From assembly GCA_913060435.1 (NCBI GenBank), contig CAJXSB010000001.1, positions 1 to 58,944 on the forward strand: 58,944 nucleotides of DNA, written 5' to 3'. Below, one piece after another: positions 45,620 through 55,551 of this stretch (position 1 is the first letter of the stretch; each line of letters opens with the position of its first letter). Both the position numbers and the translations under genes were made by a program. This stretch comes from an uncultured Desulfococcus sp. GTDB lineage: Bacteria > Desulfobacterota > Desulfobacteria > Desulfobacterales > Desulfococcaceae. The notes below the pieces were generated by a model. That model did no database searches. It was not told the DNA's origin and was given only the letters and a program-made list of their open reading frames with translations.

Positions 45620-47653
45620 CTAAAATTCGTACTGGAAGGTGACGCCAAACGACCTTCCCGGCAGGGGGTAGCCGTTGAAATCCTCGTAGAGGTCGTCGGT
45701 CAGGTTTCGGCCTTCCAGGGTGAGCTTGGCCGAGCGGTACCGGTAGGTCATGCCGGCGTTGATCTCCTTTTTGTCCTCGGCATTTCTCAGGTTGGCCGTA
45801 TCGTAGTACATGTCCTTGTTGACGACGTACTCCCCGAAAAGCGTGAAGCCGCCGGTGCCGGCCTCGATCCGTCCCAGGTAGCTCTTTTCAAAGCAGCCCG
45901 GCAGCTTCTTTCCGTCGAAAGCCTTGATATCGCTTTGATTTTCAGGGTCCTGCCAGGTGGCGTTGAGGATGAGCCGACACCACTCATGCAGGTCCAGGGA
46001 TGCGGCGGCCTCGACACCCTGTATCAGAGCGCCGGAGATGTTGACGGATCTGCCGATGCCCCGGGCGTCATAAACCCGGGTGATCAGGTCGTCCACATCA
46101 TTCCGGAAGTAGACGGCGGAGAGCGACAGGCGCCGCAGCCAGGGGCGCCGCCACTGCCATCGGCCCGACGCGCCGATGTCGAAATTGACCCCCTTTTCTT
46201 CCTTGAGGTCGGGATTGCCGATCAAAAAGCCGCGGTCGCCGAAGAGCTCGTAAAAGGAGGGGATGCGGACATAACGGGCCAGGTTGCTGTTGAGGGTCAG
46301 CCACGGCAGCGGCGTGTACTTGACGCCGATCTGGGGGCTGAAATAGCCTTCGTCCCGCGTATCGTCTTCATTGGCGCTCCCGCCGTCCAGCTCGTCCGAA
46401 ACCCAGGTATAGCGGCATGCCGGCGTCACGATGAGGCGTTCACCAAAGAGGAAGATGCTGTCCTGCAGGCCCAGGGTTGCTGTTTTCCTGGTGCTGTCGG
46501 TTTCCTTCTCCTTCCCCAGCAGGTCTTCGGTCTCGTAGTCTTCGTGCTGGAGGCCGGCGGAGAAGATGACCGCATGCCCCCGGGGCAGCCATTCCGCAAA
46601 GAAATCCGCCCCCAGCTTTCGGGTGGTGTAGTTGTTGTACTGGGATCCCAGGCCGATATCGCCGTTCCGGTCGTCGTAGCCCTCCGACTTCCAGGTATAC
46701 GAGACCTGGGTGCTGGTGTTGAAAAGCAGCGGGCCCAGGTTGTCCGCTGTCATCTTGAACGTGGTGATGTTTCGTTCGGTGTCGAGGCTGGCAGTGGTGT
46801 CCGGGCTGTTGTCCCAGCTCGGCAGGCCCTGGTCCTTTTTAAAATACTGGTTGACGAGGTCGAGCCGCGTGTCGCCGCTGATGTCGACGCCGGCTTTGGC
46901 CAGCAGATTGAACTGATCGACCTGGGCGTTGTTCCGCTTCTCCCACCGGTCGTCATCGGGGTTCCACTCCGTCTGGTTGTCGTTCAGGATTTCGAAGTCA
47001 TTGTCCGAGGCCAGATAGTCCGCGGAGACGAGGAGGTCCCAGCGGCCGGGCTTGGCGCTGAGAAATCCAGCCAGATTCCGGGTGTTGAAGGATCCGTATC
47101 CGGCGGTGGCATTGGCGGCAAACCCCTCTTCCGGCCGTCGGGTGCGGATATTGACGACGCCCCCGATGGAGGACTGGACAAAGTTGATGGGGGTCGTTCC
47201 CCGGAATATCTCTATGGCCTCGACATCCGAAAGCGCGATGTTGCTGAGGTCGACGCCGCCTCCCGAGGCATCGTTGAGGAGGATCCCGTCCAGGAAGATC
47301 ATGACCTGGTCGCTGTTGGATCCCCGGAGGGAGACCGAGGAAAAGCTGCCCAGCCCCCCGGACTGGCGGACCTGAACCCCGACTTCGTTTTCGATGAGCT
47401 CGGCGAGGTTGGTGGTGCGGCCTTCAAATTCATCCCGGGTGATGCGGGTATAGCTGGCGGGGGTCGTCTCGAGGTCCACGTCGCCGGTCTCCTGGGATGC
47501 GGGGAGCGTTTCGCCGGTCACGACGACCGCTTCGAGTTTGAGCACGTCCTCGCCGTCGCTTTCTGGGGCGTCCTCTTGGGGCTGGGCCAGGGCGGCGGCG
47601 AGCGTCAGCAGGCAGGCGGCGATGCTGTAAAATAGAATTCTATAGGGCTTCAA
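45620..47653 (-). CDS. TonB-dependent receptor under a B12 riboswitch
   Basis: TTG start after AGGAG; EAVVVTG TonB box; LRGS..QV..FLDG; IEIFRG; NLTD...LPGRS...YEF. Confidence 0.9.
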   Translation of the reverse strand: MKPYRILFYSIAACLLTLAAALAQPQEDAPESDGEDVLKLEAVVVTGETLPASQETGDVDLETTPASYTRITRDEFEGRTTNLAELIENEVGVQVRQSGGLGSFSSVSLRGSNSDQVMIFLDGILLNDASGGGVDLSNIALSDVEAIEIFRGTTPINFVQSSIGGVVNIRTRRPEEGFAANATAGYGSFNTRNLAGFLSAKPGRWDLLVSADYLASDNDFEILNDNQTEWNPDDDRWEKRNNAQVDQFNLLAKAGVDISGDTRLDLVNQYFKKDQGLPSWDNSPDTTASLDTERNITTFKMTADNLGPLLFNTSTQVSYTWKSEGYDDRNGDIGLGSQYNNYTTRKLGADFFAEWLPRGHAVIFSAGLQHEDYETEDLLGKEKETDSTRKTATLGLQDSIFLFGERLIVTPACRYTWVSDELDGGSANEDDTRDEGYFSPQIGVKYTPLPWLTLNSNLARYVRIPSFYELFGDRGFLIGNPDLKEEKGVNFDIGASGRWQWRRPWLRRLSLSAVYFRNDVDDLITRVYDARGIGRSVNISGALIQGVEAAASLDLHEWCRLILNATWQDPENQSDIKAFDGKKLPGCFEKSYLGRIEAGTGGFTLFGEYVVNKDMYYDTANLRNAEDKKEINAGMTYRYRSAKLTLEGRNLTDDLYEDFNGYPLPGRSFGVTFQYEF

Positions 47654-47669
47654 GGGCGGCTCCTGATAC

Positions 47670-47704
47670 AAAAATCCCCGGACCGATGATATCGATCCGG
47701 GGAT
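47670..47704 (-). terminator. Intrinsic terminator of the riboswitch expression platform
   Basis: Minus strand ATCCCCGGATCGAT-ATC-ATCGGTCCGGGGAT followed by a T-run. Confidence 0.75.
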
Positions 47705-47767
47705 GTCCCTTTTTCGTCCTCAGAATCCAGGCAAAACTCTGGTCCACGGAGTTTCGCGCATCTCCAT

Positions 47768-47920
47768 CCAGGCAGGTCTTCTGACTCTCGGCTCATCCGG
47801 CAGGCCGCGCCTTCCCGGCGCTATAGCGCCAGTGGCATTGTGCGGCCCCCGTCCCCGATTACAGCGGCGGGCCCGTTCCCGATTTTCACGGGATTCCCTA
47901 TTAAGATATATCACCTGGAG
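47768..47920 (-). ncRNA. Cobalamin riboswitch (receptor, surface protein, cbiZ fusion)
   Basis: Minus strand CAGGTG...AATAGGGAATCCCGTG...GCCCGCCGCTGTAA...GCCACTGG...GGGAAGG...AGTCAGAAGACCTGCC. Confidence 0.92.
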
Positions 47921-48005
47921 GATATTTTGGGCATTTCCTTAGCGTGATATAGTCGATGTGTCAATCATTATTTGTGAGAATTCGGTAAGAATTCCAGCGG
48001 CGGTT

Positions 48006-48911
48006 TCATGCCGAAGGCCGGTCGCCGCCGCTTTCGGCCAGGGCCCGCAGGCGGTCGAGGTTGACCCGGTCCATGTCGGTCCCGCCGCGGGTCTTGGGGG
48101 TCTCGATGATCTTGGGGCAGCGGGCGAGGCGGGGGTCCTGCATGACAAATCCGAAGGCGTCGATGCCGATGGCGCCCTCGCCGATGTGCTCGTGGCGGTC
48201 GACCCGGGAGTGGAAGTCGTTCTTGGCGTCGTTGAGGTGGAGGACGAAGAGCTGCGCCAGGCCGATGGTCCGGTCGAAATGGTCCATGGTCCGCTCGTAG
48301 GCCTCGCGGGTCCGGAGGTCGTAGCCGGCGGCAAAGATGTGGCAGGTGTCGAGGCAGACCCCCATCCGGTCCGGAGCGTCCACCGCCGAAAGGATCGCGG
48401 CGATCTCCTCGAAGGTGCGGCCGATGCCGGTGCCCTGGCCGGCGGTGGTTTCGAGGAGAAGGCGGCAGTTCCGGCCGGGGAGCGCCGCGAAGATGCGCCG
48501 GATCTCTCGAGCGGCGTTGTCGACCCCGGCGTCGGCCCCCGCCCCCAGGTGGGCGCCGGGGTGGTGAACTATATAGGGGATGCCGAGGCGTCCGCAGCGC
48601 TCCAGCTCCGCCGACAGGGCGGCGCGGCTTCGGGCCCGGTTCCCGTCGTCGGGGGAGGCGATGTTGAGGAGGTAGGAGGTGTGGGCGGCGATCTCCGTGA
48701 TGCCCGTCTCCTTCCGGGCCTGGTCGAAGCGCGCCACCGCAGCCCGGGTGAGGGGCGTCTCCTTCCAGGTCCGGGCATTTTTCGTGAAGAGCTGCAGTGC
48801 GGTGCACCCACAGCCGGCGGCCGCATAGAGCGCGTTGTGGCGCCCGCCGGCAATGGAAAAATGGGCGCCCAGCAGCAGCGGCGGGCGCCCGTCGGATCTG
48901 GGGGTCGTCAT
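48006..48911 (-). CDS. nfo: Endonuclease IV
   Basis: LGAHFSIAGG, HTSYLLN, HPG, LETTAGQG, CLDTCH, HLND and DRHEHIG. Confidence 0.95.
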   Translation of the reverse strand: MTTPRSDGRPPLLLGAHFSIAGGRHNALYAAAGCGCTALQLFTKNARTWKETPLTRAAVARFDQARKETGITEIAAHTSYLLNIASPDDGNRARSRAALSAELERCGRLGIPYIVHHPGAHLGAGADAGVDNAAREIRRIFAALPGRNCRLLLETTAGQGTGIGRTFEEIAAILSAVDAPDRMGVCLDTCHIFAAGYDLRTREAYERTMDHFDRTIGLAQLFVLHLNDAKNDFHSRVDRHEHIGEGAIGIDAFGFVMQDPRLARCPKIIETPKTRGGTDMDRVNLDRLRALAESGGDRPSA

Positions 48912-48917
48912 CTATAT

Positions 48918-51593
48918 CTATGCCAGGGCCTTCGAGACGATCTCGTAGACGTTGCTCGACAGCTCGGGCAGCGCTATGAGCCGCTCCAGCTGGGCTTTCA
49001 TCAGGTCCCGGCGGACGGGCTCGTATTTTTTCCAGTGGTTGAACATCCCCACCATCCTCGAGGCGATCATGGGGTTGAAGCCGTCGAGGGCGACCACCTG
49101 GTCGGCCAGGAGCGTATACCCCTCGCCCGAGGGGCTGTGGAAGCACCAGGGGTTGAGGCTGCAGAAGGCGCCGATGAGGGCCCGGACCTTGTTGGGGTTC
49201 CGGATGGAGAACGCCGGGTGGTCGAGCAGCCGACGCACCTTCGCCGGTGTGTCCGGGAGCTGGGCCCCGGCCTGGATGGTGAACCACTTGTCGAGGACCA
49301 GGATATCCGACTGCCACCGTTCGTAGAAGCGGTCCAGGGCCTTGACCCGTTCGTCGCAAGGGATGTGGGAGAGGATGGCGAGGGCCGCCATGGTGTCGGT
49401 CATGTTCTCGGCGGCGTCGAACTGCCGGTAGACCTGCCCGACCGCTTCCGGCGTCTCGCACATCCCGATATAGGCCAGGGCCGCGTTTTTCAGGCTCCGG
49501 CGACCCACCGATTCCGGGTCGACGCGGTAGGGCCCCTCCGTCTGGTTCCGGGCGAAGACCGTCGCGAATTCCTCCTGGAGGGATTTGGCCAGGGTCCGGG
49601 TCACGAAGCGCCGGGCCTGGTGGATGGCGTCGGGGTCGATGGGCGCGGACTCGCTCATGAGGGTGGCCAGCTCGGATTCACCGGGCAGGGTGATGGCGTG
49701 GGCGATGAACGCCCGGTCCTGGGTTTCGTCGAGGAGGGTCTGGCGGAAGGCGGCGACCAGGGCGTCGTCCATCGCCAGGGCGCGGCCGTCCCGGACATCG
49801 GCCGCCAGCCCGAGCATCACCTCCCCAAAGAGCGTCTGGCCGGCGTCCCAGCGGTTGAAGGGATCGCTGTCATTGGCGAAGAGGAAGCGGCGCTCTGTGT
49901 CGCTGCAGCCCGCCCGGAGCTTGACCGGCGCGGAGAAGCCCCGCAGGATCGACGGGACCGGCGGCGCCGGAACATTGACGAAGGTGAAGGAGTCGTCGGG
50001 CTTTCGGAGATCGAGGACGCGGGTGGTCCCCCCCGGCGCCTTCTCGCCGGCCAGCTGCAGCGGGAGGTCTCCGCCGTCGGGTGCGATCAGACCCACGGCC
50101 ACGGGGATGTGCATGGGCGCTTTCTCAGCCATGTCGGGCGTCGGCGGACAGATCTGTGAAAAGGTGAGGGTGTACTCCTTTCGGACGGCGTCGTATCTGC
50201 GGCCCACCGTGACCACCGGCGTGCCGGCCTGGGCGTACCAGCGCGTGAACTGGTCCAGGTCCTGGCCGCTGGCGTCGGCCATGGCTCCGACGAACTCCTC
50301 GATGGTCACGGCCTCGCCGTCATGGCGTTCGAAATAGAGATCCATGCCTTTCCGGAAGTTATCGGGCCCCAGGATCCGGTGGATCATCCGGATGACCTCC
50401 GCCCCTTTTTCATAGACCGTCACCGTGTAGAAGTTGTCCATTTTAATGTAGGACGCCGGCCGGACCGGGTGGGCCATGGGGCCCGCGTCTTCGGGGAACT
50501 GGAACGCCCGGAGGTTTCGGACGTCCGAGATCCGCTTGACCGGGCGAGAGGTCATGTCCGAGGAGAACTCCTGGTCCCGGAAGACCGTGAGCCCCTCCTT
50601 GAGGCTCAGCTGGAACCAGTTCCGCAGGGTTACCCGGTTGCCGGTCCAGTTGTGGAAATACTCGTGGGCGATGACCCGGTCGATGTTCCAGAAATCGATG
50701 TCCGTGGCCGTGTCCTGGCGGGCGAGAACGAATTTGGAGTTGAAGATGTTGAGGCCTTTGTTCTCCATGGCGCCCATGTTGAAGTCATTGACGGCCACGA
50801 TCATGTAGTCGTCGAGGTCGTACTCGAGGCCGAAGGTCTCCTCGTCCCAGGTCATCGCCTTTTTGAGGGCTTCCATGGCGTAGTCGCACTTGTCCCGGTT
50901 TTCATGCTCCACATAGATCTGAAGGCGGACATCCCGCCCCGAGCGGGTGCGGAAGGTGTCCTTCAGGCAGAAGAGGTCGCCGGCCACCAGGGCGAAGAGG
51001 TAGCATGGCTTCCGGAAGGGGTCCTCCCACCGGACCCAGTGGCGCCCGTCGCCCAGTTCGCCGGCATCGACGCGGTTGCCGTTGGAGAGGAGCACCGGGT
51101 ATTTCGACGGGTCGGCGATGATGGTGACCGTGAATGCGGCCATGACATCGGGCCGGTCGGGGAAATAGGTGATCTTCCGGAACCCCTCGGCTTCGCACTG
51201 GGTGCAGAACATGCCGCCGGACCGGTAAAGCCCTTCCAGGGACTGGTTGTCCTGGGGCTGGATTTTGTTGGTGAGCGAAAGGGTCAGCGTGTCCGGCGCT
51301 TCCGGGATGGTGAGGGTGCGCTCGTCGACTTGATAGTCGCCGGCGGCGAGCGGTTCTCCGTCCATCCGGATCGAGACGATCTCCATGTCCCGGCCGTCGA
51401 GGACGAGGGGCGGACGTGTCCCTGGCGACGCCTTGTCCGCATAGCGGGGATTGCGCCGGAGTGCCAGGGTCGATTTCACGAGGGTGTCGGTCTCCTTCAG
51501 CTCGAAGACGAGGTCGACGGTATCCACCAGATAGGCGGGGGGGCGGTAGTCTTTCAGATATTTAACCTGTGGTGTCTCCATGATTGGCTCCAA
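48918..51593 (-). CDS. pepN: Aminopeptidase N
   Basis: TQCEAEGFR, GAMENKGLN, HEYFHNWTGNRVT, YEKGAEV and NPNKVRAL; start may be 51581. Confidence 0.96.
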   Translation of the reverse strand: MEPIMETPQVKYLKDYRPPAYLVDTVDLVFELKETDTLVKSTLALRRNPRYADKASPGTRPPLVLDGRDMEIVSIRMDGEPLAAGDYQVDERTLTIPEAPDTLTLSLTNKIQPQDNQSLEGLYRSGGMFCTQCEAEGFRKITYFPDRPDVMAAFTVTIIADPSKYPVLLSNGNRVDAGELGDGRHWVRWEDPFRKPCYLFALVAGDLFCLKDTFRTRSGRDVRLQIYVEHENRDKCDYAMEALKKAMTWDEETFGLEYDLDDYMIVAVNDFNMGAMENKGLNIFNSKFVLARQDTATDIDFWNIDRVIAHEYFHNWTGNRVTLRNWFQLSLKEGLTVFRDQEFSSDMTSRPVKRISDVRNLRAFQFPEDAGPMAHPVRPASYIKMDNFYTVTVYEKGAEVIRMIHRILGPDNFRKGMDLYFERHDGEAVTIEEFVGAMADASGQDLDQFTRWYAQAGTPVVTVGRRYDAVRKEYTLTFSQICPPTPDMAEKAPMHIPVAVGLIAPDGGDLPLQLAGEKAPGGTTRVLDLRKPDDSFTFVNVPAPPVPSILRGFSAPVKLRAGCSDTERRFLFANDSDPFNRWDAGQTLFGEVMLGLAADVRDGRALAMDDALVAAFRQTLLDETQDRAFIAHAITLPGESELATLMSESAPIDPDAIHQARRFVTRTLAKSLQEEFATVFARNQTEGPYRVDPESVGRRSLKNAALAYIGMCETPEAVGQVYRQFDAAENMTDTMAALAILSHIPCDERVKALDRFYERWQSDILVLDKWFTIQAGAQLPDTPAKVRRLLDHPAFSIRNPNKVRALIGAFCSLNPWCFHSPSGEGYTLLADQVVALDGFNPMIASRMVGMFNHWKKYEPVRRDLMKAQLERLIALPELSSNVYEIVSKALA

Positions 51594-51707
51594 GATTTCG
51601 CGTTCGTATCAAAGGTGCAGAATGCCGTCACCTCCGCCCGGCATCCATCGCCGGGGGCGGCGATGCCGCGGCGGTCATTCACGACCCAGGGCGCGGCGCC
51701 GTGCCGG

Positions 51708-52055
51708 TCACTCTTTGGGCGGGGCGACCTGGCGCAGTGCGTCGCCGGCCGTGGGTGCGATGGGCAGAAAGGTGTCGAATCCGGAAATTTCAAAGACTTC
51801 TCGGACGTAGTCCTGCATGGCGCAGAGGACCAGCTTGCCGTCCAGGCGCTTCAGGTCCTTGGCGGTTTTCAGGATGACCCGAAGGCCCGCACTGGAGATG
51901 TAGGCCAGGGCCTCGAAGTCGATGACCATGCGCCGGGCCCCGTTCTCGATGGCCCGGAAGACAGTGGTTTCCAGCTCGGGGGCCGTGTTCGAGTCGAGCC
52001 GTCCGTCAATCCGGAAAATCCATGCGTTTTCCTCTTGTGTTTCGTAGATTTCCAT
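51708..52055 (-). CDS. STAS anti-sigma factor antagonist
   Basis: GRLDSNTA, YISSAGLR and EVFEISG. Confidence 0.92.
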   Translation of the reverse strand: MEIYETQEENAWIFRIDGRLDSNTAPELETTVFRAIENGARRMVIDFEALAYISSAGLRVILKTAKDLKRLDGKLVLCAMQDYVREVFEISGFDTFLPIAPTAGDALRQVAPPKE

Positions 52056-52090
52056 AATCGCCTCTTGCTGCCTTCGCGTGTGACGTCGGT

Positions 52091-52510
52091 TCAGGGCAGC
52101 TGCTTTCTGAGGGTGATGATGTTGCAGGCGCCCTGCCGAAGATAGGTCATCTCATCGGTCAGGCGCCGTACGAGGTGGAGGCCGATGCCGCCGATCCGCC
52201 GCTCCTCGATGGTGCAGTCCTTTTCGGGGGATGCCGCCGAGGTGGGATTGAACGGGACGCCGTCATCCCGGATACAGATCGTCACCCATTTCCCCTCTCG
52301 GGTGATGGTGATCTCTACCTGGTGCAGGTCCATGTCCCGGAAGCCGCAGGATACGATATTGGTGAAAAGCTCGTCCAGAACCAGGTTGATTTCGAAGAGC
52401 GACTTTTCCGGGATGCCGGCTTCGGTCTGGAACTGCTCGAGACGCTTCCGCAGCGTTTCGAGTTCGGACAGGTCGTTTCGCAGCCGGAACCCGATATCGT
52501 GTCGTACCAT
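52091..52510 (-). CDS. Anti-sigma factor / RsbW-like kinase
   Basis: LVLDELFTNIV, IRDDGVPFNP and GGIGLHLV (HATPase_c). Confidence 0.9.
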   Translation of the reverse strand: MVRHDIGFRLRNDLSELETLRKRLEQFQTEAGIPEKSLFEINLVLDELFTNIVSCGFRDMDLHQVEITITREGKWVTICIRDDGVPFNPTSAASPEKDCTIEERRIGGIGLHLVRRLTDEMTYLRQGACNIITLRKQLP

Positions 52511-52535
52511 GTCGACCTTTCCGTATCGTTCCTTG

Positions 52536-53063
52536 CTATACCAGGCTGATCCCGACAACGGCTTTACCTTCCCGGGCCGGGTCTGCGTGCTGTGCAAGCA
52601 GCTTCTCCTCCCAAGCATGGATCCGCTCCGTGAGGGCCTGCAGGACGTCCGGGACCGTCGCCGGAAACTGCTGCAGCGCTCTGGAAAATTTTTCCCGGTC
52701 GAGGACCAGGCAGCTGGTATCGGTGACGGCCTTCAGCGAGAAGAGCCGGCGGCTCTTTCCGAGAAGCGACAGGGCCCCGATGAAATCCGGAGCACTGTAG
52801 TCCCGGAAAGTGTATTCCCCCTGGCCGTTGTCCCGGATGAGCCTTGCGGTCCCCGAGAGGATGATCAGCGCCTCCCCGTCCTCCTCCCCCTGGTGGAACA
52901 GGAAATCGCCGGCCCGGAAGATTTCTTTGGTGCAGAGGTAGGCGAAAACCTTGAGGGCCTCCAGGGGCAGTTTGGAGAAAAGATAGGTCTCCCTCAGGAT
53001 TTCCAGGTTTTCCTTGTACTCACAGGAGTGAAACGGCTCATGCTCTTCCATGGACGAGTTCAT
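52536..53063 (-). CDS. Cyclic-nucleotide-binding domain protein
   Basis: LFSKL, FRAGDFLFHQGE, IILSG, FIG and RLFSLKA. Confidence 0.85.
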   Translation of the reverse strand: MNSSMEEHEPFHSCEYKENLEILRETYLFSKLPLEALKVFAYLCTKEIFRAGDFLFHQGEEDGEALIILSGTARLIRDNGQGEYTFRDYSAPDFIGALSLLGKSRRLFSLKAVTDTSCLVLDREKFSRALQQFPATVPDVLQALTERIHAWEEKLLAQHADPAREGKAVVGISLV

Positions 53064-55551
53064 ACAGCAGTCCTTTTTTTTGAATCAGTTCGTCGTAGCT
53101 GCCGAGTTCACCGATTTTTCCCGACTTCATGACGGCAACATAATCATAGTTTTTAATGATATCCAGCCGGTGGGCGATGGAAATGACCGTGCTCCTCCCT
53201 TTCCAGTGGTGTTCGAGAAGGTTCTGGATCCTCGACTGGGACTTGTTGTCGAGGGCCGATGTGGCCTCATCCATGATCAATATTTTCGGAGCCTTGAGGA
53301 ACACCCTGGCGATGGCCAGCTTCTGCCGCTGCCCGCCGGAAAGGCGGTCGCCCTTGGAGCCGACCCTGAACTGCATCCCGATCTTGAGGATGGTCTCCAG
53401 TAGATCGGCCTGGATCAGCAGCTGGATGGCGCTCTGGGTGATTTTTTCCTGGGCTTTGGGGTGCTGGGACTTCATCTTTCCGAATAGGATGTTGTTGAGG
53501 ATGGTCTCCGAGGGAATATAGTCCGCGGCGTCGTAAAAGGAGACGATGCCGGGATAGTCCTCATCGACCTTTTCCCGGAACAGGGCGCGGCCCTCCAGGA
53601 TGAGGGATTCGAGGATGGACGGCAGCGCCACCATCTTGTGCTTCCCCGGCGAAAATCGCAGGGCCGCATCGAGGAGCCGCTGGCGATCCTCGTCGGACAG
53701 CTGGTGGAGACGCCGCCGCTTCAGGCGCTCGGCAAGCAGCGTGTAGGCTTCGAGTTCATCCGGAAGGATGGGGCTCTGTTCGAAGAAGATGGCATCATGG
53801 GGAAGGTTGCCCAGGATGTCGACCACCTGCTTAGCCACCTCCGCCCCCAGGCTCAACAAGGGGCGGGTCAGGTCGGCCTTGTCGAGGAACGCCAGAAAAT
53901 ATTCGTTTCGGCTGAGGTTCGCGACCGAGAATTCCGGGTGGTCGGTGGCGCCGAAGACGATGTTGTCGAGTACGGAGGAATGGTACAGATATGCTTTTTC
54001 GTCGAAAAACTCAATCAGGTCGTGGACATGCTCTCCGAATTGGTCCCGGAAGGCCTCGCGGATGTGGATGATCCGGTCGACGAGGTCGGCGTGATCGCGC
54101 TGGGCAAGGTGCATGTCGAGACCGAAGCGGAGCACGTCAACGAAGATGCCGGCCTGCTGCAGGGCGGCGATCATGTCGTCGAGGGTGGGGGCGCCCTCCG
54201 GTTCGGTGAACGCATCGAGGGCCGAGCAGGAATAGAGCAGGTTCTCCTCGATGGTTCCCTCAAAAATGAAGGGCGACTGGGAGACCGTCCCGACATTCTG
54301 TACAACGTCCTTCTTGGTGAGCGCCGACACCTCGCGGCCGCCGATCATGACCTGTCCGGACTGGTACCGGTACAGCTGGTTGAGGCAGAGGGCCAGGGTG
54401 CTCTTGCCGCTGCCCGAAAAGCCGACCACCGCCATGTGCTTCCCCGGCGCCAGGGAGAAGCTGACGCGGTCCAGCAGGCGGATGCCGCTGTCGGTGTAGA
54501 ACGAGAGGTCCTGCACCTCGATGCTGCCGTCCAGTTCGTAGGGGGGGCGGTCCTCCGGCGCCACTACGTGCTCGGGGGCGGCGTCGAAGTATTCCATCAC
54601 GCGCCGGTACCGCACCGCGGCGTCCTGGTATGCCTGGTAGAAGTCCAGAAGCTCCTTCCAGGGATCGTAGAGCTTCTCCTGGGCCGACAGGAAGGCGACC
54701 AAGGCCCCCAGTGCCAGCTGGCCGTTGATAGCGAGATATCCGCCGATGATGAAGATCAGAAACGGGCTGAGGGCGTTCAGAAAATTGTTGGTGGTTTTGA
54801 CGCCGAAGCGGTAAAGGTTCCAGACGATCCGGATCTTCTTCAGCTTCTCGACAATGGCGTCGTATTTGCGGTTTTCAATGGTATATGTCCCGTTGGTATG
54901 GATTTCGTGGATGCCGGAAATGGACTCTCCGATCTTGTCCGAGAGATGCCGCGTGATGTCCACCCGCTCTTTGTTGGCTCTATTTGTCCGTGCCTGAAGC
55001 CTCGGGACCAGGATCAGGACGATGGGATAGATGGAGAGTGAAACCGCTGCCAGGACCGGGTGGAGCCAGAAGAGATAACCGCCGAAGGCCAGGAGGGTCA
55101 GGATGTTGGTCACGGGAACGGCGATGGCCATTCCCACGAAGTCACCGGCCGCAGCCAACTCCGTGACGAGCGCGGATACCACCATGCCCGGTTGGGTCCT
55201 CCGGTAGAAGTTGACGGGGAGCGTCAGGATGTGATGGTAGACGGCCCCGCGCATCTCCGCCAGAGCGCGCTGGCCCAGGATGGTCTGAACGACGTTGGTC
55301 AGATACTTGAAGACCGTCGACACCAGTACGGCAGCCAGATAGATGCCGCAGTAAATGACCAGCAGGTCCGTCTTTTTCAGGAAGATCGACTCATTGATGA
55401 TCTTTTTCTGCATCTCCAGCGGGATAACCCGCGCGAAGACGGTGACGATGATGATCAAGAGCAGGGCGATCTGAAGTTTCCAGCTGCTGGAGCGCACCCA
55501 TGAGAAGAGCGACCGCTCCGTTACCGGCTGGGATTTCTGGCTGTTTTTCAT
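53038..55551 (-). CDS. ABC exporter-type permease + ATPase with a large insertion in the nucleotide-binding domain
   Basis: N-terminal six-helix membrane domain; GFSGSGKS and Q-loop; LSGGQ/MDEATSALD appear only after a long insert. Confidence 0.9.
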   Translation of the reverse strand: MKNSQKSQPVTERSLFSWVRSSSWKLQIALLLIIIVTVFARVIPLEMQKKIINESIFLKKTDLLVIYCGIYLAAVLVSTVFKYLTNVVQTILGQRALAEMRGAVYHHILTLPVNFYRRTQPGMVVSALVTELAAAGDFVGMAIAVPVTNILTLLAFGGYLFWLHPVLAAVSLSIYPIVLILVPRLQARTNRANKERVDITRHLSDKIGESISGIHEIHTNGTYTIENRKYDAIVEKLKKIRIVWNLYRFGVKTTNNFLNALSPFLIFIIGGYLAINGQLALGALVAFLSAQEKLYDPWKELLDFYQAYQDAAVRYRRVMEYFDAAPEHVVAPEDRPPYELDGSIEVQDLSFYTDSGIRLLDRVSFSLAPGKHMAVVGFSGSGKSTLALCLNQLYRYQSGQVMIGGREVSALTKKDVVQNVGTVSQSPFIFEGTIEENLLYSCSALDAFTEPEGAPTLDDMIAALQQAGIFVDVLRFGLDMHLAQRDHADLVDRIIHIREAFRDQFGEHVHDLIEFFDEKAYLYHSSVLDNIVFGATDHPEFSVANLSRNEYFLAFLDKADLTRPLLSLGAEVAKQVVDILGNLPHDAIFFEQSPILPDELEAYTLLAERLKRRRLHQLSDEDRQRLLDAALRFSPGKHKMVALPSILESLILEGRALFREKVDEDYPGIVSFYDAADYIPSETILNNILFGKMKSQHPKAQEKITQSAIQLLIQADLLETILKIGMQFRVGSKGDRLSGGQRQKLAIARVFLKAPKILIMDEATSALDNKSQSRIQNLLEHHWKGRSTVISIAHRLDIIKNYDYVAVMKSGKIGELGSYDELIQKKGLLYELVHGRA

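Noticed and set aside
43017-50159. Long antisense ORFs (43017..45554, 45596..47635, 47958..50159 and similar elsewhere)
   Set aside because: Shadow frames of well-supported opposite-strand genes, with no recognisable motifs.
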